Of a stretch of 64,000 nucleotides of DNA, positions 1 through 11,359 are shown in pieces (the stretch's first letter is position 1; each line of letters opens with the position of its first letter). The position numbers were made by a program, and so were the translations under genes. The DNA is from Acetobacteraceae bacterium (GTDB taxonomy: Bacteria > Pseudomonadota > Alphaproteobacteria > Acetobacterales > Acetobacteraceae): NCBI GenBank assembly GCA_049522565.1, contig JBEKNT010000001.1:677-64676 (forward strand), read 5' to 3'. The notes under the pieces were generated by a model that had not been told where the DNA came from, ran no database searches, and worked only from the letters and a program-made list of their open reading frames with translations.

Positions 1-2242
1 TGGCGATATGCGTGCCGCGCAGAAAGCAGATGATCGGCGCGGTGACCGGCAGGCCGACATCCTGCAACATGGCGAGATCGACCGAGGAGATGTCGCGCAC
101 CTGACCCTCGCCGATGCCGATGCCGCTCATCAGGTCCTGGGCCAGCGGATCGGTGCTGAGGTTTGCAACATGGGCGAAGTTCTCGCCGTTGTTGAGCAGG
201 GTCAGCGGGACCGGCGTGGGAGAGTTGGTGCCCAGGAAGGCGCCGTAGGCCGCCTCGGCATTGGGGCCGACGAAATTTGCTGCCGTGATCGTGTTGCCGT
301 TGACGACGGTGTCCTGAATGTACGCGTCGAACAAGGTCGCGTCGGGTCCGAGCCCGCCATCCTGCGTGGTGAGGCCGCCGAACCCCAGTCCGTGTGCCAA
401 CTCATGGCGGAATACGCTGAGCAAATCGAATTCGTTGCTGGGTACGGGATCGTCGGGGGCCAGCGGATCGGGATCCACGAAAAGCCCGCCGGCGCTGTCC
501 AGCTCGCCGGTGGAGAGCGGCAAATTCACCACGACGTCAGCCGTCGACCCGGCGACATAGTTGCCGGTGGTCAGAGCATAGATGCTTGATGGGATGACGA
601 TCGTCTCGCCGTTGATCGTCTCGCCGGAGTCGATCGAGCTGGCGAAACCGCCGCTCGCCAGCTCCGAACCGTGCGCGCCGCTGGTGATGTTGAGCTGGAT
701 GCGCAACGGCGCATGGCCGGTGACATATTGCGCCCAGTCGAGTGCGGCGGCACTGAGGTCGTTGACGATGGCGTCTTCCTGCCCGGTCGTCAGGCCGGCG
801 GTGTCGCTCAGCGATATGGTGAACGGCATGTCGTCGCGCGGCGGCGCGCCGGCGATGTTGGTGATGACTGCGGTGGCGCCGACTGTGCCGGCGGTGAATG
901 TCGCACCGGTGTAGTCACCGGACAGCGCCAGCGTGTCGACCGTGGCGCCGTGGGCGATCACTGCCAGCGTGTCGCCGTTCACCACCGTGGCGGCATCGGC
1001 GCTCAGGCCGTTCAACACCAGCGTGTCGTCCGGACCGAAGCCGACCAGAGTGCCACTATAGAGCAATGGCGTTTCGAGCACGACCTTGGCGTTGTCGCCG
1101 GAGAACACGATGGTCTCCGAGGTTGGCGCATTCAGCTCCAGCGTGCCGCCGCTTTGCACCACCAGCGTGCCACTGCCGGTGAGTGCGTTGATGTCGAGCA
1201 GCCCGGCGGTGTCGAAGACGAGGCCGTTATTGGCGACGGTTGACGGATCGGCGCCGGCCAGGCTCAGCGAACTGCCGGGGCCTATTGTCAGCGACCCGGT
1301 GCCGCCGATCGCACCTGGAATGTACAGCGCGCCACCATTGGCAATGATACCCCCGTCGTCGGACACGCTGCCGGAGACGACGCCGAATCCTTCGAACAGG
1401 CCAGTATTGCCGATCGTCAGGCCGCCGGTGGCGAGCGAGCCGCCTTGCAGGTTGAGCAAGCCGTCGTCGGTCAGGGCATTGGTCGTTTGGTAGCCGCGGC
1501 CGCTCAGGAGCTGGAGGGAACCGGTGTTGCTGATGGTTTCGAGCTGCGTCTCCAGCGGCTGGAAGCCGCCATTGTACACCTGGATTTCCGTCGCGGCGCC
1601 GTCGAGCACGATGTTCGCCGCATCGGTGACGATATCGGTGCCGGGGCCGCTGCCCGGGTTGATGTCGAACCCGATCTCGTTGTCGGTGCCTGCGGTCGGT
1701 CCCTGCACGATATAGCTGCCGCCGGTGAGGGTCGTGCCGGACAGGTTGCTGAAGCTCGGCCCTTCGACCCACAAGCCGCCGCTGTTCGCCAGCAGTGTGC
1801 CGTTGTTGGTGAATGCGCTCAGCACGAACAGACCGGTCGTGCTGCCGGCGTTTGCGATCAGCGTGCCGTTGTTGGTGAAGTTGAAGAAGGGACCGGGGAG
1901 ATATGCAGCGCCCAGCCCGCCGGCACCGTCGACCACGCCGGAATTGTCGACCAGCAGCGCGCCTTGCAGGAAGGCGCTCGTCGCATCGCTTCCGGCGAGC
2001 TGCAACGTGCCGGCGATTTCGAGCGTCGGTGTTGCGGCCTGGTCTCCGCCAATGAAGTCATTGCCGATGGTGAATTGATTGACGATCTCGCTTTCGCCGG
2101 CCGCGATGGTGACCGTGTAGCCGGCACCAGGCGCACCGATCACTGCCGCCGCATCGTTCGCGTCGGGGATCCCCGTTGGGGTCCAGTTGGCCGACGTTGC
2201 CCAGTCCCCGCCGGTTCCGGTCGTCCATGTATAGGTCGTCAC
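1..2242 (-). CDS. Large secreted repeat protein, 3' end cut by the window edge: Gly/Thr/Asn-rich repeats, HExxH zincin-like motif, start of a Hint (Hedgehog/intein) domain
   Basis: Absent from the ORF track because it has no stop inside the window. My translation of the reverse strand starts at GTG 2242, with purine-rich GGGGGAAG 4 nt upstream. An in-frame TAG lies at 2305-2303 and no other start codon lies between. It gives MTTYTWTTGTGGDWATSANWTPTGIPDANDAAAVIG...FTNNGTLIANAG...FTNNGTLLANSGG. No ORF in this frame is listed in the track, consistent with a frame open to nt 1. VFRHELAHGLGFGG is encoded around 392-406. The last residues in the window are ...DVGLPVTAPIICFLRGTHIA, which look like the Cys-initiated start of a Hint domain. 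Confidence 0.7.
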   Translation of the reverse strand, partial: MTTYTWTTGTGGDWATSANWTPTGIPDANDAAAVIGAPGAGYTVTIAAGESEIVNQFTIGNDFIGGDQAATPTLEIAGTLQLAGSDATSAFLQGALLVDNSGVVDGAGGLGAAYLPGPFFNFTNNGTLIANAGSTTGLFVLSAFTNNGTLLANSGGLWVEGPSFSNLSGTTLTGGSYIVQGPTAGTDNEIGFDINPGSGPGTDIVTDAANIVLDGAATEIQVYNGGFQPLETQLETISNTGSLQLLSGRGYQTTNALTDDGLLNLQGGSLATGGLTIGNTGLFEGFGVVSGSVSDDGGIIANGGALYIPGAIGGTGSLTIGPGSSLSLAGADPSTVANNGLVFDTAGLLDINALTGSGTLVVQSGGTLELNAPTSETIVFSGDNAKVVLETPLLYSGTLVGFGPDDTLVLNGLSADAATVVNGDTLAVIAHGATVDTLALSGDYTGATFTAGTVGATAVITNIAGAPPRDDMPFTISLSDTAGLTTGQEDAIVNDLSAAALDWAQYVTGHAPLRIQLNITSGAHGSELASGGFASSIDSGETINGETIVIPSSIYALTTGNYVAGSTADVVVNLPLSTGELDSAGGLFVDPDPLAPDDPVPSNEFDLLSVFRHELAHGLGFGGLTTQDGGLGPDATLFDAYIQDTVVNGNTITAANFVGPNAEAAYGAFLGTNSPTPVPLTLLNNGENFAHVANLSTDPLAQDLMSGIGIGEGQVRDISSVDLAMLQDVGLPVTAPIICFLRGTHIA

Positions 2243-2336
2243 CGCGCTTCCCCCGCACGTCGCGTAAGGACAACTTTTTCCGGCTCTCGGATCGGGAGCA
2301 AGCTATTTTTTCGGCATTGGCAATACTGCCTGCCGG

Positions 2337-4199
<1,863 letters not shown>

Positions 4200-4426
4200 G
4201 GCGGGGAGGGTGATCGGGCGAGTTGGGGGTGGGGGTCAAGTGTGCGACGGGTCTGCTGGGCGGGCATTGGTGTTTCCGCCCCCGCGCCACAGCCGTCATG
4301 CGGTGGAGCGGTCGCTGCCGGCGCGCGGACGCTCGGGGTGCCCTCAAAGCTGACAGTCACATCGCCCGCCGGCGCCCTGCGGCGGCTCCATGGGAATGTC
4401 TTGCGTGCAACGGCAATCGCAGCGAT

Positions 4427-5170
4427 TCAACCCGCTTGCCTGCTGCCTCCGACCGCGGCCCTTCCCCGTCGCGGCTTCGCCAGCGGGGGTTCGCCACCAT
4501 CGAGCAACTTTAGCAATTGGTCCACCATCGGTTTGGTAGCCTTGCTCAGATTTTCCGGCCTGCGATAGAGCAACCAGGTGATGATCATGTGGGTGATGCT
4601 CCCCATCAGGATCGTGGCGGTACGGTAGGGATCGAGTGCCGCGTCCCATTCTCGCCGCCGGCTGCCGGCACGGATCATCGCCACGACAATCCTGCCAAAG
4701 TCATCGACGGCCCGCCGGACTCGCGCCTCTTCGATCAGGACACTCGGCCAGATTTCGAGGTACAGTAAGCGCGCCCAGTCCGGATTGCGCCGCGCATAAT
4801 CGGTCGCCATGGACAGGTACAGGTGCAAGCGTTCCCGCATGGTACTCAGCGCCGGAGCCTGCGCGAGAAACTCGGCATAGAACTGCGCCAGGCGACGGAT
4901 CGGGATCTCGTACGCCAGGTCCTCCTTGCTCGGGTAGTAGTCGTAGATCGACGACACGGAGATGCCGGCCTCCGCGGCGATGTCCGCCATCTTTGCCTTG
5001 GCGATTCCGTCTCGCGCGAAGATTCTCGTGGCCGCCTCGAGCAGATCCTGTTGCCGGCGCCGGCTCCGGTCCTGCTTGGGGTCGCGCGAGCCGGCAAGAT
5101 AGCCGTTGGCCGCTTGCTCAAGGATCTCGAGCCATTGCTCCTTCGCCGGTGTCTTTGTCCCATCCGGCAT
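4427..5170 (-). CDS. TetR/AcrR family transcriptional regulator
   Basis: 247-aa ORF. N-terminal HTH LLEAATRIFARDGIAKAKMADIAAEAGISVSSIYDYYPSKEDL. Divergently oriented from the ligase operon. Confidence 0.9.
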   Translation of the reverse strand: MPDGTKTPAKEQWLEILEQAANGYLAGSRDPKQDRSRRRQQDLLEAATRIFARDGIAKAKMADIAAEAGISVSSIYDYYPSKEDLAYEIPIRRLAQFYAEFLAQAPALSTMRERLHLYLSMATDYARRNPDWARLLYLEIWPSVLIEEARVRRAVDDFGRIVVAMIRAGSRRREWDAALDPYRTATILMGSITHMIITWLLYRRPENLSKATKPMVDQLLKLLDGGEPPLAKPRRGRAAVGGSRQAG

Positions 5171-5347
5171 CGTCTGCCCTGGTTCCTCGCAAAAAGTCCG
5201 GCGCCGATTCGGCCGGACACAAGCCTATTTTCCCTGGATAGATCGGGATGGTGCCGCCCGGCAAACAACGCCGGTTCCCGCGATATCAGCGCCACGTCTG
5301 TCGAAGGCTCGCCGGCTTGACAGCCTGACATAATCGACCGTAAAAGG

Positions 5348-5362
5348 CGAATAATATTCGGA
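5348..5362. promoter_or_regulatory. Candidate operator: AT-rich palindrome CGAATAATATTCG(GA) in the TetR/ligase divergent intergenic region
   Basis: Perfect 6+1+6 inverted repeat CGAATA-A-TATTCG at 5348-5360. The 15-nt string CGAATAATATTCGGA is identical to 16097-16111. It is strongly AT-rich in a GC-rich background. Confidence 0.5.
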
Positions 5363-5476
5363 AACAACCCTTCGCCTGGACGGGTCGCCGCCGGCCGGCA
5401 GCGACCGGCGTACTCGTCGTGTCGCGGACTGGACCGACCGCATGCAGACACCGTTGCCTGGGACGACCTGGGAGCC

Positions 5477-7063
5477 ATGAAAGCGCCCTACAGCCGGACA
5501 CTGGCCGATCTCGTTTTCGAGCAAGCCGAGCGCCACGAGGCGCGGCCTGCTGTGATCTGCGGCGATCGCGTTGTCTCCTACGCGAAACTCGCGCAGCGTG
5601 CAGCCGGGGTTGCCGCCGCACTGCGCGATCGCGGCATCGCTCGTGGCGAGCGTGTCGGGCTCCTGGTGAACAACCGACTGGAGTGGCTTGAAGCATTCTT
5701 CGGGACGGTGATTGCCGGGGGGGTGGTGGTCGCATTCAGCACCTGGTCCACGCGTGACGAGCTTGACTGGCTGCTGCGGGACTCCGCCGTCCGCATGCTG
5801 ATCACGCTCGATCGGTTTGGCGACAACGACTTCGCCGCCGCGTTGCGTGGATTGCTGCCGGAGATCGCGGCGGAGACGGGGCTGCGAGACGTGGTGGTGC
5901 TGGGCGAAGCGGCTGCCGGATTTCCGCGGTTCGAGGCGTTGCAGTCGGCTTCGCCCGCACCACGTCTGCCGCCGGGCGAGGGACCCAGTGCCGCGGACGA
6001 TGCCATCGTTATCTACACATCGGGCTCCAGCAGCCGGCCGAAATCCGTGCCGCTGTCGCATCTCGGGATCATCGAGAACGGCTTCAATATCGGTGAACGC
6101 CAGGGCTACCGGCCGAGCGATCGCGTTTTGCTCGCGCCACCGTTGTTCTGGTCGTATGGCAGTGCCAACGCGATGTCGGCGACGCTGACCCACGGCGCCG
6201 CGCTTGTTCTGCAACGCCGGTTCGAGCCCGGAGAAGCGATCGACCTGATCGAGCGGCATCGCTGCACCGCACTCTATACCCTGCCGGCGATCACCAGCGC
6301 GATCATCTCGCATCGGGATTTCCGGCGGGAGCGGACAGGCAGCTTGCGCACCGGCCTGACCATCGGCGCGCCGCAGGACATCCTTACCGCGGCGCAGGTG
6401 CTTGGCGCCTCGGAGATCTGCAACGTCTATGGCCAGACCGAAAGCTACGGCAATTGCTGCGTCACGCCGCATGACTGGCCGTTGGAACGTCGCGCCGCGT
6501 GTCAGGGACCGCCGCTGCCTGGCGTCGAAATCCGCATCGTCGATGCCGTTAGCGGCGCCGAGCAGCCACGCGGCGAGGAAGGGCTGATCGAGGTGCGTGG
6601 CTACGTCATGCGCGGCTATATCGGCAGCAGCGCGGCGCAGACGGCAACGGCGCTCAGCGCGGACGGGTTCTTCCGCACCGGCGACATGGGGCGCCTGCTG
6701 CCCGATGGCGCGATCTCGTTCAGCGGCCGCGTCAGCGAAATGATCAAGAAGAGCGGCATCAACATCTCGCCGGCGGAGGTGGAGGATGTGTTGATGCGGC
6801 ATGCGATGGTTGCGCTTGCCGGCGTGGTCGGCGTACCCGATTCCACACAGGGCGAATTGCTCGCTGCCTTCGTCGTGCCGAAGCCCGGGATCACCCTGCG
6901 TCCGGATGAGCTCGCGGCCCATTGCCGTGCATTGGCCTCACGCTACAAAGTGCCCGACTTCATCGAAGTATGCGAGTCGCTGCCGGTGACCGTGACCGGC
7001 AAGCTGATGCGCCGGGAGTTGAAGCAGATCGCCGCATCCTTGAGCCGGGACGTCGCACCGTGA
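5477..7063 (+). CDS. Acyl-CoA synthetase / AMP-dependent ligase (class I adenylate-forming enzyme)
   Basis: 528-aa ORF with IYTSGSSSRPKSV, YGQTESYG, FRTGDMG, KKSGINISPAEVE and C-terminal GKLMRREL. Confidence 0.9.
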   Translation: MKAPYSRTLADLVFEQAERHEARPAVICGDRVVSYAKLAQRAAGVAAALRDRGIARGERVGLLVNNRLEWLEAFFGTVIAGGVVVAFSTWSTRDELDWLLRDSAVRMLITLDRFGDNDFAAALRGLLPEIAAETGLRDVVVLGEAAAGFPRFEALQSASPAPRLPPGEGPSAADDAIVIYTSGSSSRPKSVPLSHLGIIENGFNIGERQGYRPSDRVLLAPPLFWSYGSANAMSATLTHGAALVLQRRFEPGEAIDLIERHRCTALYTLPAITSAIISHRDFRRERTGSLRTGLTIGAPQDILTAAQVLGASEICNVYGQTESYGNCCVTPHDWPLERRAACQGPPLPGVEIRIVDAVSGAEQPRGEEGLIEVRGYVMRGYIGSSAAQTATALSADGFFRTGDMGRLLPDGAISFSGRVSEMIKKSGINISPAEVEDVLMRHAMVALAGVVGVPDSTQGELLAAFVVPKPGITLRPDELAAHCRALASRYKVPDFIEVCESLPVTVTGKLMRRELKQIAASLSRDVAP

Positions 7064-7935
7064 CGCGCGAGGCATGGCACCGCTGGGGTGACGAGGACGA
7101 GCGCGGTGCGTTGAACCACATCGATGGGTCGCAGGTACGGGACGCCGCGGCGCTGGTGCGGTCCGGGCAAGTTCTCTCGCTGGCACAGCCCCTATCCCCA
7201 CAAACCCCGGTGCCGCAGCACCGGGCCGGCGTGCAGCACTTCATGGGACGCGACGGCGGCGATTATGCCGCAGGCGCGCGCCGGCCCGGCGGTTTCCAGT
7301 TCGCCGAGGATACGGTCGTCCTGCCGCTGCATATCGGCACGCATATCGATGCGCTGTGCCACGCATGGTACGACGACGCGCTGTACAACGGTTTTCCGGG
7401 CAGTGGCACGCGCAGCACCAGCGGGGCGACGCGTTGCGGCATCGACAAGATGGGGCCGATCGTCGGCCGCGGCGTATTGCTCGATATCGCGGGATTGCAT
7501 GGTGGCCCGTTGCCGGATGGCGCCGCGATCGGTCGGGCGGAGCTTCAGCGTGCGGCAACCAACGCGGGCGTCGACCCCGGCAAGGGCGATATCGTGCTGA
7601 TCCGCACCGGTTGGGCGGAAAGCCAGGGCCGCGCGGAAGCCGTCTCGTTCAATGGCGAACCCGGACTCGACATCGAGGCTGCGCTGTGGCTTGCCGAACG
7701 CGAAATCGCCGTGTTGGGTGCCGACAATTTCGCTATCGAGGTCATTCCATTCGTCCGGGGCACGGTCTTTCCGGTGCATCAGCGGCTGATCCGCGATTTT
7801 GGCATTGCGCTGCTGGAAGGCCTCGTGCTCCAGCAACTCGCAGCAACCGGGCGTCATGAGTTCCTGTTCGCGGCCAGTCCACTGCCCGTGCTGGGCGGTA
7901 CCGGCAGCCCGATCAGCCCGATCGCTGTGCTGTAG
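7060..7935 (+). CDS. Cyclase family protein (kynurenine-formamidase-like fold)
   Basis: HIGTHIDALCH motif, GVLLDIAG, IVLIRTGW. I moved the start from track 6922 to GTG 7060, which overlaps the ligase stop 7061-7063 as GTGA, because 6922-7059 overlaps the ligase gene. Confidence 0.8.
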   Translation: MTREAWHRWGDEDERGALNHIDGSQVRDAAALVRSGQVLSLAQPLSPQTPVPQHRAGVQHFMGRDGGDYAAGARRPGGFQFAEDTVVLPLHIGTHIDALCHAWYDDALYNGFPGSGTRSTSGATRCGIDKMGPIVGRGVLLDIAGLHGGPLPDGAAIGRAELQRAATNAGVDPGKGDIVLIRTGWAESQGRAEAVSFNGEPGLDIEAALWLAEREIAVLGADNFAIEVIPFVRGTVFPVHQRLIRDFGIALLEGLVLQQLAATGRHEFLFAASPLPVLGGTGSPISPIAVL

Positions 7936-7939
7936 CGCG

Positions 7940-8986
7940 ATGCGTGCCATGGTGCTTCGCGAGCCTGGTCCCGGTCCCAGCGCACTCGGTTGCGAAACCG
8001 TGCCGGACCCGGCTCCTGGCCCACGCCAGGTCGTCATTCAGGTAGCATTCTGCGGCATCTGCTCGCACGACGTCGCGGTTTGCGCCGGTATCCTGCGTGC
8101 CGGCATCGTACTGCCTTGCATCCCCGGGCACGAGATTGCCGGAACCATCGTCGCCGTCGGCGGTGCGGTGAGCGAGTTTGCCGTCGGCGACCGCGTCGCC
8201 ACCACGCAGCGCGAGCATGTCTGCGGCCAGTGCCGGTTTTGCCGCGGCGGCCGCGAACCGCTGTGCGCCGAACAGGTCTTCCTCGGCGATACGCGGCTGA
8301 ACGGCGGATACGCCGAGTTCGTTGCGGTCGACACGGACAATGTGGTGCGGCTGCCTGACGACGTGCCACTGGATGCGGCCGCGATCGCGGCCTGTGCGAT
8401 CGGCACCATGCTGCACGCGGTGCGTGCCGTCGGCCGCATCGCGCCCGGCGATACCGTGCTGGTGACGGGTGCCGGCGGCGGGCTCGGCATGCACGGCGTG
8501 CAGTTGGCCAAGCGTGCCGGCGGCTGGGTGATCGCGCAGACAACTTCGCCGGACAAAGCTGCCACACTGCGCGAACTGGGTGCCGACGCGGTGGTGCTCG
8601 CCGCGCGTGGGGGCGATTTCTCCGCCGAGGTGAAGGCACTGACCGACGGCGAAGGCGTTGACTGCATGCTCGACACCGTCGGCACGCCAGTGTTCACGCC
8701 GGCACGACGCGCCCTGGCGCGGGGCGGACGCTGGGTGCTGATCGGCCAACTGACCGGCGATTTCGTGCGCTTCAATCCGGCGCAGCTTTTTCTTAAAGGC
8801 ATTTCGATGCTCAGCGCCACCAGCACCACGCGCGAGGAGCTGCGGCTCAGCCTGCGCCTGCTGCGTCCGGGCGGCATCCGCGCCATGCTTGGCCCGCGCT
8901 TCGGGTTGGCGCAGGCGGTTGAAGCCCTGGCGCTGGTGCGGTCCGGTGCGGCGGCCGGACGCGTGCTGATCGCACCGGGAGCCTGA
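7940..8986 (+). CDS. Zinc-binding alcohol dehydrogenase family (MDR) oxidoreductase
   Basis: I place the start at internal ATG 7940, 4 nt after the cyclase stop TAG 7933-7935. MRAMVLREPG..., GHEIAGTIVAVG, Cys cluster CGQCRFCRGGREPLC, Rossmann VLVTGAGGGLGMHGVQLAK. Confidence 0.85.
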   Translation: MRAMVLREPGPGPSALGCETVPDPAPGPRQVVIQVAFCGICSHDVAVCAGILRAGIVLPCIPGHEIAGTIVAVGGAVSEFAVGDRVATTQREHVCGQCRFCRGGREPLCAEQVFLGDTRLNGGYAEFVAVDTDNVVRLPDDVPLDAAAIAACAIGTMLHAVRAVGRIAPGDTVLVTGAGGGLGMHGVQLAKRAGGWVIAQTTSPDKAATLRELGADAVVLAARGGDFSAEVKALTDGEGVDCMLDTVGTPVFTPARRALARGGRWVLIGQLTGDFVRFNPAQLFLKGISMLSATSTTREELRLSLRLLRPGGIRAMLGPRFGLAQAVEALALVRSGAAAGRVLIAPGA

Positions 8987-9027
8987 TGCATGGCACGGCC
9001 ACTCTTCACCGAAGCAGGAGCAATGCG

Positions 9028-10167
9028 ATGGGATTGCGAGTCCAGCCCGGAGTGATCGGCTGCGCGATCAGGCCAGTGATCGCAGCACGCAACCGGTCGC
9101 TGGAGGAGATCATCTACGATACGGCGCAGCTTGCGTTGGCTGATGCCGGCATCGGGATCGACGACATCGACGGCATCGTGGTCGCTTCCAATGACCAGTT
9201 CGACGGCCGTTCGATCTCCGTCATGATGGCGTCGGGCCCCGTCGGTGGCGTCGATCGCGACATCATGTCCACGCCGTCGGCGTCCGAACACGCGTTCATC
9301 CTGGGCGCGTTGCGCGTCGGCTCCGGCCAGTTCCGCACGCAACTGATCGTGTCCTGGAGTCCGACCGAGGTCTCGTCGATGTCGGAGGCACAGCGGCTTG
9401 GCGCCGATCCGTATTTCCATCGCGCCTTGCCGCTTGACGAATTGTCGGCGCACGCATTGCAGGCCTCGGCACTGGAGAATGCGCAGCCGGCGGCGCGTGC
9501 CGCGGCCGAGGCGATTGCCGAGAAGAACCGCGCGCATGGCCGCGTCGCCTGGCCCGATCCGCCCTTGCATCCGGCGCCCGGTCCGATGCGCTGGCCGATC
9601 ACGCCGACGATGACGAGCGCGCCGGTTACCGGCAGCGTCGCTCTGGTGCTGGCGGCGCCCGACTTCATCGCCGAACGCGGCCTGCGCGATGTCGCCTGGC
9701 TGCGCGGCATGGGCTGGGCGACGGAACCGAGTTTCCTCGGGGATCGCGATCTGAGCGTCGCGCCGGCACTCGCTGCCGCCGCGCGACAGGCCTATGCCGC
9801 GGCCGGCATCACCGATCCAACCACGGCTTTCGACGTCGCGGAAATGACGGACGCAACGCCCTATTCGGAGCTGCTGGCGTATGAGGCGTTATCGCTGTGC
9901 CCGCCCCAGGATTGGGCGGCACGCACGGCTGACGGCAGCTTCAGCCGTGGCGGTCGCTTGCCGGTGAACCTCTCGGGCGGCGTGCTGACCTGGAATCCGG
10001 TGTTCTGCACTGGCCTGATCCGCATCGCGGAGATCGCCAACCAGGTGCGCGGCCGGGCCGGGCCGCATCAGGTGCCGAACGCGCGCTGCGGCCTGGCGCA
10101 CGCCGGCAGCGGGTTCGCGATGCAATACCAGGCGGCAGTCGTGCTCGCGCAGGAGGCTCGCCCATGA
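9028..10167 (+). CDS. Thiolase-like protein (SCP-x / DUF35-partner type), apparently lacking canonical catalytic residues
   Basis: Thiolase-like N- and C-terminal halves (DDIDGIVVASND..., NLSGGVLTWNPVFCTGLIRIAEIANQVRG). ATG 9028 is preceded by AGGAG with 7-nt spacing. The track start 8986 (TGATG overlap with the ADH stop) is an alternative. Confidence 0.75.
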   Translation: MGLRVQPGVIGCAIRPVIAARNRSLEEIIYDTAQLALADAGIGIDDIDGIVVASNDQFDGRSISVMMASGPVGGVDRDIMSTPSASEHAFILGALRVGSGQFRTQLIVSWSPTEVSSMSEAQRLGADPYFHRALPLDELSAHALQASALENAQPAARAAAEAIAEKNRAHGRVAWPDPPLHPAPGPMRWPITPTMTSAPVTGSVALVLAAPDFIAERGLRDVAWLRGMGWATEPSFLGDRDLSVAPALAAAARQAYAAAGITDPTTAFDVAEMTDATPYSELLAYEALSLCPPQDWAARTADGSFSRGGRLPVNLSGGVLTWNPVFCTGLIRIAEIANQVRGRAGPHQVPNARCGLAHAGSGFAMQYQAAVVLAQEARP

Positions 10168-11345
10168 GCACCGATCGTGTCGGCATCATCGGGATTGGCC
10201 AGTCGGAGTTTCGGTCCCGCCGCGATGATGCCAGTTATCCGGAGCTGGTGCGGGAAGGCGTCCTGCGGGCGATGCTCGACGCCGGGCTCGATTTCGATGC
10301 GATCGAGGCCGTCGTGTATTCGCTCTCGCCCGATGCGATGGTGGGCATCGGCAATGCCGAACGGCTGGGCGTGGATGCCGTGGGCGGGCGCAACAAGCCG
10401 TTTCTGCGCATCAACAATGGCGGGGCGACCGGCATTTCCGCGGTCGCCGCGGCGTATTACCACGTGGCATCCGGCATGTTCGACGTCGTGCTGACCGCGG
10501 GCGCCGACAAGATCGGCGAGTGCGGCGATTCGCAGACCGTGCTGAACAAGATCTGGGATCCCAGCTACGAACGTCCGCTGCCGCTCGGCACCATCAACAT
10601 GCTGGCGATGTCGGCGGTGCGCTACATGCAGCGCTACGGCATGACTGAGCAAGACATGGCGCGCGTCACGGTCAAGAACCGCCGCCAGGCGGCGCTGAAT
10701 CCCAAGGCACATCTGCGCAAGATCGTGACGATCGACGATGTGATGGCGTCGCGCACCATCTCCTGGCCGATCAAACTGCTGGATTGCTGTCCGCAATCGT
10801 CCGGCGGCGCGGCGATGGTGCTGGCGTCCGAGCGTTTCATCCGCGATAACCGCCTGGATGCGGTGTGGATCACCGGCGTCGGCCATTCGGCGGAGACCTA
10901 TTGGATGGGCGATCGCATGGGGAACAACCCGACGGCAGAGCATGCCAACGCCTATGCCCTCGGCCGTTCGTTCGAGAAATCCTACCGAATGGCCGGCATC
11001 ACCGACCCGGCGCGGCAGGTGCACGTGGCCGAGTTGTACGCGCCGTTCAGCAATACCGAATTCCACGCCATCGATGCTGCGCAACTGGTGGCTCGGCCAG
11101 GCGAATCGATTGCGCGGCTGCGCGACGGCGAGTTTGAGCTCGGCGGACGCATCCCGGTGAATCCGTCCGGCGGCACGCTCTGCACCAATGCGATCGCGGT
11201 CACCGCCATGGCGCGGGTTGCCGAGGTGGCCCTGCAAGTCTGGGGGCGCGCGGGCGACCATCAGGTGACGGGTGCCCGGCTGGGCATCGCCAGCGGCAAC
11301 GGCGGCGACCACCAGATCTTCGGTACCATGGTGATCGAGGCGTAG
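10164..11345 (+). CDS. Thiolase-like protein (SCP-x type), Cys-less variant (NNGGATG)
   Basis: 393-aa ORF overlapping the upstream stop by 4 nt. MSTDRVGIIGIGQSEF..., FLRINNGGATGISAVAAAYYHVASGMFDVVLTAGADK, LLDCCPQSSGGAAMVLASERF, VNPSGGTLCTNAIAVTAMARVAEVALQVWGRAG. Confidence 0.88.
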   Translation: MSTDRVGIIGIGQSEFRSRRDDASYPELVREGVLRAMLDAGLDFDAIEAVVYSLSPDAMVGIGNAERLGVDAVGGRNKPFLRINNGGATGISAVAAAYYHVASGMFDVVLTAGADKIGECGDSQTVLNKIWDPSYERPLPLGTINMLAMSAVRYMQRYGMTEQDMARVTVKNRRQAALNPKAHLRKIVTIDDVMASRTISWPIKLLDCCPQSSGGAAMVLASERFIRDNRLDAVWITGVGHSAETYWMGDRMGNNPTAEHANAYALGRSFEKSYRMAGITDPARQVHVAELYAPFSNTEFHAIDAAQLVARPGESIARLRDGEFELGGRIPVNPSGGTLCTNAIAVTAMARVAEVALQVWGRAGDHQVTGARLGIASGNGGDHQIFGTMVIEA

Positions 11346-11359
11346 CCGAAGAGTTTTCA

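Noticed and set aside
5225-6922. 565-aa minus-strand ORF antisense to the acyl-CoA ligase
   Set aside because: Arg/Gly/Ala/His-rich composition with no recognisable motifs. The sense frame has all the adenylate-forming signatures. It is a typical GC-driven antisense ORF.
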